DNA of 64,000 bases from Eledone cirrhosa (lineage: Eukaryota): positions 7,316,001 through 7,380,000 of the forward strand of contig OZ024742.1 of the NCBI GenBank assembly GCA_964016885.1, given 5' to 3'. This document shows, in pieces, positions 55,037-64,000 of the stretch (position 1 is the stretch's first letter; the number at the start of each line of letters is the position of its first letter). Below the pieces are notes generated by a model. It was not told the DNA's origin. It saw only the letters and a list, made by a program, of their open reading frames with translations, and did not search any database. Made by a program: the position numbers and the translations under genes.

Positions 55037-56778
55037 ATGGACGGAATTTTCACATCTCATCCTAACGTGAAAGCCACGCCCCCTAAGAAAGGTGATACAG
55101 AGAAGCTAGAAGCACAAGGCTCTAAGTCTTCCCTCCTGACTTCTGCAAAAGAAACATGGAACACGGAATTAAAAGAAAAATTTGTAAAAATGGGTGAAAA
55201 CCCAGAAAGTCACATAAACGCAGACAAAAACAACAACGACAATAACAGCAATAGTCACAACACCAACCAAGGAAAAAATAACGATAACACCAAACAAAGC
55301 GAACCCACTACTGGTGCCTCCTTTGCACAGGCGGTCCGGAAAACACAAACCTGCAAGCAACTGGACATTACAACTCTGAGAGAAAAGATGAAGGAAGCGA
55401 AACAGTATGTAACTTTCAAAGAAGGAGGAGACTTCACAATCACCTCCCCACAAGAAATCAAAAGAGACACGACGCTAAGAACGATATCTTTCAGAACAAT
55501 TTCCAACATAACAAGGAAACCAACTCAATTATCCCAAAAAGAGATTGAGCTGGTCCTAAAAAATGTGTGGAGTGATATATCGTTCATACAAAAAGGGCCA
55601 CTCTATGGGAATATAACGGTCCTAATGAAGGATCAATTGACGGCCAGGAAATACTCTGTGGCACCAATTGTTTCCAAGCTACATACATTTTTCCCCACAT
55701 ATTTAGGGAAAAGAACGCAGAAGATAAGGGTCTCCGGAATCCGGCCAAATGCATGCATTTCCTGGGTACTAACAGGATTTTTAGAAGACGAGGACGGAAT
55801 CCTCTCAGTAGGAGAAGTCACCACAGACGTTTTCGGCGGTTTGAGCGTGGAGGTTCTGGTCCAAATGAGACCAGAACGAATAGCTAGAATACCACAGAGG
55901 GTGTCCCTCGATGGAGAAACATTTATATATATTTCAGCCGAGGGTAGGAGGCCCATATGTTACTACTGTTCAAGCAGGGGTCATCTAAGGGCTGCTTGTC
56001 CTCAATTGACAAAAAAAAGGCTCTTTTGCCTACACCCCACACACCACCACCGCCACCACCACCACCACCACCACCTCCACCACCACCACCACAACAACAA
56101 CAAAAACAACAGGGAAAAATAACACAAGACACGGCCCCACCCAAAACAACTCCCAAAACACACACAAATACAACAAAACCCCAAAATACACCACTACCCG
56201 ACAGCACGGACGAGGACCCAGCGGAAACGGCACCTAGTGACGAAGAGGGGGAACCCTTCCAACCTGTAAAAAGGAAAAAAAGAAAGCACCACTCGAACAT
56301 AAACGAAACAAACACACAACCACCAACAAAAACAAAACAAACAGAACAAACAAAATCCGCCCCACCCCAAAACATAACACATACAACAAAACGTAAGCAC
56401 ACACAAGAACAACAAACAAACACAACACAAATAAAACAGTATACATACATTAACACAAATAACAAAGAACTAGTAAAAACAATACACAAAGACCCTTTGG
56501 TGGAAACTGAAGGGCAATTCTTTGCAAGCGCGGCCAACAAACCGCATTTAAAAATGATAAGACTCCCAATGGACACCTATGCAAAACTAAGAGAGAACTT
56601 TCCTGAGGACGTGGGGAAAACATGTACTCGACCCTATAACCGCGTCCTCTTGAAACGTTTCCCCACCCACACCTCACCAAACACCCCCACTCCACCACAG
56701 AACAACACCCCACCAAACAACCCCTCCAATACGCCCATGGATATTGTGCAACCTGCTCCTCAGGAGCCGAACAGGTAG
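55037..56778 (+). CDS. LINE ORF1 (CCHC zinc knuckle), single frameshift at an A8 run (~56011-56018)
   Basis: AEGRRPICYYCSSRGHLRAACP in the first frame. The continuation LLPTP...SDEEGEPFQPVKRKKRKH...QYTYIN in the second frame aligns with copy A ORF1. Confidence 0.8.
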
Positions 56779-56799
56779 GTCCTTCCTCTTTTAACCAAC

Positions 56800-59700
56800 A
56801 TGGCTGATATAAGAGTTGGGTGTCTGAATGTACGTGGCCTGGGACTGTCTTGGAAACAAGGCAAACTTTTAAACGATCTCAGGTCGCATAGAATGGATGT
56901 AATGGCTATTTGCGAGTCCAGGATCAGCAGCGAGCACCAACTGACGCCCCTCTTCGACGACTTTGAGATCTTCGCATCTCTCTGTCAACCGGGGGGTGGG
57001 GGTGGAGTTGTCGTTCTGCTGCGAAAACACCTGGGCCTCGCCATACAGAAGGTGCACCTGGACCCGGAGGGTCGACTGGTGGTTTTAGACGTCGGCAGTA
57101 GTGAAAGTGGAGCCCTTAGACTAATAGCTGTGTACGCCCCTTTTTGGGCAGCGCGGCCGGAATACTTCCAACGTCTGGAAACTTTTCTGGGAACGTCCCG
57201 CTCCTTGCTTTTAGTGGGGGACTGGAATGGTATCCTGGATGCACGTTGGGACTATGTAGGGGCATGTGCCAATAGAGGGGGGTGTAAAAGCCTCAAAAGG
57301 TTAATCGGCCGATTTGACCTAGCCGATAGATATCGACTAGATTTTCCGACTGTACCACTATGGACGTGGACCAATCGCAGTGGAACATCTAGGTCGTACC
57401 TAGATAGGGTCCTAGTTAGAGAGAACGATAGGGACACATTTAGCTGTCCAAAAATGTTCATGGTTGACTATTCGGATCACAAGTTAGTGACCTGCATAGC
57501 CAACCTTGATAGAACCCATAGACAGGGACCCGGTTACTGGAAGCTGAACTTGTCCTTACCGAGAAGCAAAGCTTACAGTAAACGGATTAGCACGTTAGTT
57601 AAGCAGAGTTTGACAGGGGCAATTGTCAACAACAGGTGGTGGAGCTCTCTTAAGAGAGCAATTAGAATAGAATCGATAGGTTTTAGTCAGGAATTAGCAA
57701 GGGATAGGAACAAGACGGAAAGGGAATTAGTAGATAGAGTAGAAGAGGCGATTAGGAGTGGCAATGTAGCCGGCGTGCTGGCATCAAGAATGGCCTTAGA
57801 CCAGTTCTTTGAGGTGAAGCATGAAGGCTGCGTTGTCAGGAGTAAAATACGTGCTCTGGGTAATGAGGGAGCCAAAGCTGTGAGCTGGGCCCGAGTGACA
57901 GAGGCAAAAAGTGGGAACAAGTCCACGATTCGGTCTTTGAAGGACCAGGATGGGCGTGTGATCCTTGAACCTGGGCAGATGTGTGCGGCCTTTCAGCGGC
58001 ACTTTGCACGACTGTTCGAGAGGGGCGGCGCGCCGGGTGAGACTATGGATTTCAATCCATACCTCGACGGTCTGCCGCGCCTCTCGGACGCGGAGGCGAA
58101 GTCCTGCGAAAGGACGATTTCAGCTGCTGAGATAGGAGCGGCGCTGAGCCAATGCGGCAAACGCAAATCCCCGGGTCTCGATGGTCTGCCATACGAGCTA
58201 TATGTAGCGATGCCGGACTTGTTCTCCGATATCCTCGAAGCGGTCTACTGCAACTGGCAGCAGAACGGGAGAATTCCTAGTTCTGTGACCAAGGGCGTAG
58301 TTACGCTGGTGAGGAAGGATGAGAACAAGGGGGATGACATAAGTAACTTCAGGCCCATAACTCTGCTAAATACAGAGTTAAAGATTTTGGCCAAGGTGTT
58401 AGCGAAGAGGTTGGCGCTTGTCGTTGGAAACCTGGTGGGAGAAGCGCAGACATGCGCAATCCCGTCCAGGTCCATTCACGACAATATCCACCTTATGCGA
58501 TACATCATAGAGAGGGTAGGGAATGAACCCGGCTTTGGTGGGGCCCTGATCAACTTGGATCAATCTAAAGCTTTCGATAGGGTTGACCATCGTTACCTGG
58601 ATGCGGTGCTCGCGGCGGCAGGCTTCGGACCCGTTTTCAGGGGTTGGATTGCTGCGATGCACAGCAGCAACGTCTGCTCAAGGGTCAAGGTGAACGGCCA
58701 CCTCTCGGAGCCGTTCCAAATCATGCGATCCATCCGACAGGGATGCCCTCTCTCCTCCCTACTGTATGTGCTGGCTCTTGAGCCACTACTGCGGAAGTTG
58801 GAGCGGTTGCAGGGCATCCCTTTGGAACCGGGATTGCAGAAAGCGGCGTCGGCCTACGCCGATGACGTGACAGTAATGGTGTCGAAAACCTCGCAAATCG
58901 GTGAGATCGGCACCTTACTGGAGGAATATGAAAGGTTTACAGGAGCCAAGCTGAACCGGGACAAGTCCGTCGGTTTGCAACTCGGAACATGGAGAGGCAA
59001 ACCGATGCCCTCCAACGACGTCGTCGGACGCTGGACGGAGGGCCCGGTGAAGCTGCTTGGGGTCTGGTTCGGACCAGACCTCCAGGTGGAGAAAAACTGG
59101 AACGAGGTAACGGCCAGGGTGTTTGCACTCACCCAGAAGTGGGCCCAGTGCAAACTATCCCTGAAAGGTCGAGCGGAGGTGGCGAATACTTATATAGCAT
59201 CCGTCATCTACTACCGCTTGACCGTCGTGCCTTGCCCAGTGAAAAGACTCGCCAAAATGGAGTGCGCGCTGTTCCAATTTCTTTGGAACAAGCGGACCCC
59301 TTTGGTGAGGAGATCCATCTGCTGTCAACACCCTTCGAAAGGAGGGCTGGGGATGCCGTGGCTACAGATGCGTAAACACGCATTAAGGCTACGGCACCTC
59401 CAGGTATTCCTCACCGGTCAACCGGTGTGGGCCCCGTTTGTGAGGCGAGCCTTTCCCAGACTCGTCTCGCTCACCGAGCTGCAATCCTGGGTCAAGCAAA
59501 GACCGAGAAAAGTGGGCGACTGGCACATTGAATGTGCCCAGGCGCTCACGGACCTCTGGAAAGCGGACCCGGCAATCAGTGGAGACTCCACGTCGACATT
59601 CTATAGAGGGTTGGTACGCAGCAGGTGCGACGATGCTCTCGGAGAAGCTCTAGGCATGGAGGAAGATGAACTGGCCAGTCTGTTCAGTAGGACGTTTGGC

Positions 59701-60237
59701 CCTGGACCGATGGACAACTTCCAAAAGTCCCTGGCTTGGCAGTGCTACCGAGGGGCTCTACCCGTTCGAGACAAGCTCCACAGGCATGGGAGCCTGGGTA
59801 GAGATCCTTTGAATAAGATCTGTCCGAGATGCGTGCATGATGACGAAACCGTTGCGCACGCATTCGTACACTGCCCAGGCATTGCTGACCTGTGGGGCTA
59901 TGTGGAACGACTACTGTCGAGGGTGGGACCAATCCGGTTGACCACCGAGTCCATTGTCACGATCAAACCGCCTCCCCCTTTCAAAAACGAAGGAGAGGCG
60001 GTTTTTCTCTGTGTGGTAGCCATGGCTAAAGAAGTTGTATGGTGGACGAGGCTGAAAGGGCTGAGGTCAGAGACCTTTCTCTCCGGCCAACAACTGGTCC
60101 CCTTTTTCAAATACCATTTTAAAAGAAGGATCAGAATGGAGAGAGAGGTGCTCTACCCCAGCAAGTTTTATGAAAGGTGGGTGAAAGTATGGAGAATGGC
60201 CAGAGTGAATGGGTCTTCTCTCTATATCAGCCTGTAG
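56800..60237 (+). CDS. LINE ORF2 protein, 1145 aa: APE endonuclease + reverse transcriptase + CCHC finger
   Basis: Uninterrupted ORF with CLNVRGL, GDWN, YLDR, SDH, DQSKAFDRV, RQGCPLS, YADD and CPRC..ETVAHAFVHC. Confidence 0.96.
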   Translation: MADIRVGCLNVRGLGLSWKQGKLLNDLRSHRMDVMAICESRISSEHQLTPLFDDFEIFASLCQPGGGGGVVVLLRKHLGLAIQKVHLDPEGRLVVLDVGSSESGALRLIAVYAPFWAARPEYFQRLETFLGTSRSLLLVGDWNGILDARWDYVGACANRGGCKSLKRLIGRFDLADRYRLDFPTVPLWTWTNRSGTSRSYLDRVLVRENDRDTFSCPKMFMVDYSDHKLVTCIANLDRTHRQGPGYWKLNLSLPRSKAYSKRISTLVKQSLTGAIVNNRWWSSLKRAIRIESIGFSQELARDRNKTERELVDRVEEAIRSGNVAGVLASRMALDQFFEVKHEGCVVRSKIRALGNEGAKAVSWARVTEAKSGNKSTIRSLKDQDGRVILEPGQMCAAFQRHFARLFERGGAPGETMDFNPYLDGLPRLSDAEAKSCERTISAAEIGAALSQCGKRKSPGLDGLPYELYVAMPDLFSDILEAVYCNWQQNGRIPSSVTKGVVTLVRKDENKGDDISNFRPITLLNTELKILAKVLAKRLALVVGNLVGEAQTCAIPSRSIHDNIHLMRYIIERVGNEPGFGGALINLDQSKAFDRVDHRYLDAVLAAAGFGPVFRGWIAAMHSSNVCSRVKVNGHLSEPFQIMRSIRQGCPLSSLLYVLALEPLLRKLERLQGIPLEPGLQKAASAYADDVTVMVSKTSQIGEIGTLLEEYERFTGAKLNRDKSVGLQLGTWRGKPMPSNDVVGRWTEGPVKLLGVWFGPDLQVEKNWNEVTARVFALTQKWAQCKLSLKGRAEVANTYIASVIYYRLTVVPCPVKRLAKMECALFQFLWNKRTPLVRRSICCQHPSKGGLGMPWLQMRKHALRLRHLQVFLTGQPVWAPFVRRAFPRLVSLTELQSWVKQRPRKVGDWHIECAQALTDLWKADPAISGDSTSTFYRGLVRSRCDDALGEALGMEEDELASLFSRTFGPGPMDNFQKSLAWQCYRGALPVRDKLHRHGSLGRDPLNKICPRCVHDDETVAHAFVHCPGIADLWGYVERLLSRVGPIRLTTESIVTIKPPPPFKNEGEAVFLCVVAMAKEVVWWTRLKGLRSETFLSGQQLVPFFKYHFKRRIRMEREVLYPSKFYERWVKVWRMARVNGSSLYISL

Positions 60238-60474
60238 GTGAAAGAAGAGGAAAAAGAGGAGACGAGGGGAGCACCTACTCTTTGTGCTCCTGAGGAGAAG
60301 GGTTACACATTTTTTCCGGGGTGTGTGCGACCCATGTTAATGCCCCCTCCCTATTGAGGACTTCGTTTGTTGTTGTTATTTCATTGTTATATTTTTGTAC
60401 TCGTTAATTATATGTAAACTTCCCCCCTTGTATCTGTCCCTACCTTTTGTGCCCTAGTGGCAAATAAAGAAACC

Positions 60475-60682
60475 ACTCTATATATACTATTATATTTTCA
60501 CAGTAAAGGCTTTACCTCACATAATATCTCACATAACATTTACATTACTCTATATATACTATTATATTTTCACAGTAAAGGCTTTACCTCACATAATATC
60601 TCACATAACATTTACATTACTCTATATATACTATTATATTTTCACAGTAAAGGCTTTACCTCACATAATTATCTCACATAAT
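60475..60682. repeat. 72-bp minisatellite, right part
   Basis: ACTCTATATATACT unit starts at 60475, 60547 and 60619. Confidence 0.92.
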
Positions 60683-61014
60683 GAGATTTTGATATTATTT
60701 ATTTTGAGAACAATACCTTAAAATAAGTATAAGCAGTCAGTTATGGCTTGTTTAAACCGAAAGAGGTGAGACAATTCTGGCCGGATATGGCCCGTTTAAA
60801 TGTTAAAGGGTTAAGGGACATGCAGGGAGATATAAAGCGATCACAAAAATATAGTAAGCCTTGATAATATAAGGTTTCAAAAAATTAGGAGACGATGTTG
60901 ACAACTTTTTGTGGGTTTAACAAACCGAATTAACAAACAACTGATTAGTATGGATGAGGTATTTCAGTTGCTGATGCAGTGTGAGGGAATCACAAGTCAC
61001 TGTAGAGCGTTCGA

Positions 61015-61135
61015 GAGTAGACGGTTGCCAGAATTGGTAGAGCATCCAATAAAATACCATTGTGTTGTTTGTTCTGGTTCTTTCTATTCTAAGTTCAAAT
61101 ACGTCGGAAATCAACTTTGCCTTTCATCTAGTATC
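61015..61135 (+). mobile_element. SINE 5' half
   Basis: GGTTGCCAGAATTGGTAGAGC...AAGTTCAAATACGTCGGAAATCAACTTTGCCTTTCATC. Confidence 0.6.
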
Positions 61136-61379
61136 TAAATTTGAAATTGATATTTAGTTACCTCTCTATAAGTTCTGGTTTCAAATACCACCATGGTCAT
61201 AATCCCGGGTTTAATATTGTAGAATATGGGCCAACAATAGTGGCTATATTTCATGTTAAAATGCGTGGCCATGTTCCGGGGTTATGTGGCCAGAAAATAT
61301 ACTGGTTTGGCAAAATCGTTAAATTATTGGACAAAATACTTTGGAAATGTTAACTCCGGCTCTTGATTCTCATGTCAAT

Positions 61380-61510
61380 ATTCGGTTGAGATAAACTTTA
61401 CCTTTCATGTTTCTGAGGTCAATAACATAAAATACCATCAAGTCATGGGATCGATATAATCGAATACCCAAACCACCATCTTTGGTCTTGTTCCAATGTA
61501 CAAAACATTT
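61380..61510 (+). mobile_element. SINE core/3' half, diverged
   Basis: ACTTTACCTTTCATGTTTCTGAGGTCAATAACATAAAATACCA...GGGATCGATATAATCGA. Confidence 0.55.
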
Positions 61511-61667
61511 TAGTATAGCGATATATTAGAGGAATATTCAGAGAATACATCCATATGATATCAACCTCTCGTTTCATTCTCCCGAGATCAAACATTCTTC
61601 AACAACATAGCATAGAAATAGTTGGCCTTGTGCCTGTTATTGTTAAAATTATCGTTACTGTCGTGTT

Positions 61668-63372
61668 ACGTTGTTGTTGTTGTTGGTGGTGATGGTGATG
61701 GTAGTGGTGTTGTTGTTGTTGTTGGTGGTGGTGTTGTTGGTGGTGGTGGTGGTGGTGGTGTTGGTGGTAGTGGTGTTGTTGTTGGTGGTGATGGTTGTAA
61801 TGGTGTTAGTGGTGTTGTTGGTGGTAGTGGTGTTGTTGTTGGTGGTGGTGGTGATGGTAGTGGTGTTGTTGTTGTTGGAGTGAGTGGTGTTGTTGTTGTT
61901 GGAGTGAGTGTTGTTGTTGTTGTTGGTGGGAGTGGTGTTGTTGTTGTTGGAGTGAGTGTTGTTGTTGGAGTGTTGTTGTTGTTGTTGGGGTGAGTGTTGT
62001 TGTCGTTGTTGTTGGAGTGAGTGTTGTTGTAGTTGTTGGGGTGAGTGTTGTTGTTGTTGTTGTTGGAGTGAGTGTTGTTGTTGTTGGTGGTGGGAGTGGT
62101 GTTGTTGTTGTTGGAGTGAGTGTTGTTGTTGGAGTGTTGTTGTTGTTGTTGGGGTGAGTGTTGTTGTTGTTGGAGTGAGTGTTGTTGTAGTTGTTGGGGT
62201 GAGTGTTGTTGTAGTTGTTGGAGTGAGTGTTGTTGTTGTTGTTGGAGTGAGTGTTGTTGTGGTGGTGGTAGTGGTGTTGTTGGTGGGAGTGGTGTTGTTG
62301 CTGGTGGTGGTGGTGGTGTTATTGTTGGTAGTGGTGGTGGTGTTGTTGGAGTGAGTGGTGTTGTTGTTGTTTTGGGAGTGAGTGTTGTTGTTGTTGGAGT
62401 GTTGTTGTTGTTGTTGGTGGGAGTGGTGTTGTTGTTGTTGGAGTGAGTGGTGTTGTTGTTGTTGGAGTGAGTGCTGTTGTTGTTGTTGGTGGGAGTGGTG
62501 TTGTTGTTGTTGGAGTGAGTGTTGTTGTTGGAGTGTTGTTGTTGTTGTTGGTGGGAGTGGTGTTGTTGCTGGTGATGGTGGTGGTGTTATTGTTGGTGGT
62601 GGTAGTGGTGGTGGTGTTGTTGGAGTGAGTGGTGTTGTTGTTGTTTTGGGAGTGAATGTTGTTGTTGTTGGAGTGTTGTTGTTGTTGGTGGTGGGAGTGG
62701 TGTTGTTGTTGTTGGAGTGAGTGCTGTTGTTGTTGTTGGTGGGAGTGGTGTTGTTGTTGTTGGAGTGAGTGTTGTTGTTGGAGTGTTGTTGTTGTTGTTG
62801 GTGGGAGTGGTGTTGTTGCTGGTGATGGTGGTGGTGTTATTGTTGGTGGTGGTAGTGGTGGTGGTGTTGTTGGAGTGAGTGGTGTTGTTGTTGTTTTGGG
62901 AGTGAATGTTGTTGTTGTTGGAGTGTTGTTGTTGTTGGTGGTGGGAGTGGTGTTGTTGTTGTTGGAGTGAGTGCTGTTGTTGTTGTTGGTGGGAGTGGTG
63001 TTGTTGTTGTTGGAGTGAGTGTTGTTGTTGGAGTGTTGTTGTTGTTGTTGGTGGGAGTGGTGTTGTTGCTGGTGATGGTGGTGGTGTTATTGTTGGTGGT
63101 GGTAGTGGTGGTGGTGTTGTTGGAGTGAGTGGTGTTGTTGTTGTTTTGGGAGTGAATGTTGTTGTTGTTGGAGTGTTGTTGTTGTTGGTGGTGGGAGTGG
63201 TGTTGTTGTTGTTGGAGTGAGTGGTGTTGTTGTTGTTGTTGGAGTGAGTGTTGTTGTTGTTGTTGGTGGGAGTGGTGTTGTTGTTGTTGGAGTGAGTGTT
63301 GTTGTTGTTGTTGGGGTGAGTGTTGTTGTTGTTGTTGGAGTGAGTGTTGTTGTTGTTGGAGTGAGTGTTGTT
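61668..63372. repeat. Complex (GTT)/(GGT)/GGAGTGAGT low-complexity array with 250-bp higher-order repeat
   Basis: Near-identical blocks start at 62656, 62906 and 63156. Confidence 0.93.
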
Positions 63373-63446
63373 ATCGTTATTTATGAGATTATTTCCATAT
63401 TTCACTACCATATATATTGTCGATATTGTCTGTTATATAGTTCAGT

Positions 63447-64000
63447 GTCTATAACTGTCATAGTTTCTATGACTTTCTCTGTAACTGTCATAGTTTCTAC
63501 GCCATTCTCTATTACTGTCATAGTTTCTATGACTTTCTCTGTAACTGTCATAGTTTCTATGACATTCTCCGTAACTGTCATAGTTTCTACGACTTTCTCT
63601 GTAACTGCCATATTTTCTACGACTTTCTCTGTAACTGTCATAGTTTCTATGACTTTCTCTGTAACTGTTATAGTTTCTATGACTTTCTCTGTAACTGTCA
63701 TAGTTTCTATGACTTTCTCAGTAACTGTCATAGTTTCTACGACTTTCTCTGTCACTGTCATAGTTTCTATGACTTTCTCTATAACTGTCATAATTTCTAT
63801 GACTTTCTCTATAACTGTCATAGTTTCTACGATATTCTATGTAACTGTCATAGTTTCTACGACTTTCTCTGTAACTGTCATAGATTCTACGACATTCTCT
63901 GTAACTATCATAGTTTCTACGACATTCTCTGTAACTGTCATAGTTTCTATGACTTTCCCTATAACTGTCATAGTTTCTACGACTTTCTCTGTAACTGTCA
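63447..64000. repeat. 30-bp minisatellite (GTAACTGTCATAGTTTCTAYGACTTTCTCT)n, runs off window end
   Basis: About 18 copies read directly. Confidence 0.96.

Larger units (their letters stand above)
54826..60474 (+). mobile_element. Full-length Tx1/L1-clade LINE (copy B), young
   Basis: 5' UTR, ORF1, intact ORF2, and a 3' UTR ending GTGGCAAATAAAGAAACC. Confidence 0.96.

Noticed and set aside
61622-63821. Cys/Trp-rich, Gly/Val-rich and MTVTEKVIET repeat ORFs
   Set aside because: Products of low-complexity and 30-bp tandem repeats.

Overview
Eukaryotic, AT-rich, microsatellite-saturated intergenic or intronic DNA. The SINE types and repeat landscape suggest a cephalopod (octopus-like) genome; this is inference. 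I could not support any host protein-coding exon, and almost all ORFs in the track are artefacts of simple repeats. Real coding content is retroelement-derived: two full-length Tx1/L1-clade LINEs arranged head-to-head (the + copy has an intact 1145-aa ORF2), a 5'-truncated third copy, a decayed Penelope-like element (RT + GIY-YIG) with pseudo-LTRs, and a CR1-group 3' fragment. Large tandem arrays have 16-, 45-, 40-, 72- and 30-bp units, plus a 1.4-kb (GGT)n. The most striking unexplained structure is about 15 hammerhead-ribozyme (CUGANGA...GAAA...NUH) motifs from many sequence families. Most sit in short non-coding elements with inverted (fold-back) architecture, and two carry a U3-A8 compensatory core variant. 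All ribozyme calls were folded by eye and are not experimentally or computationally verified.
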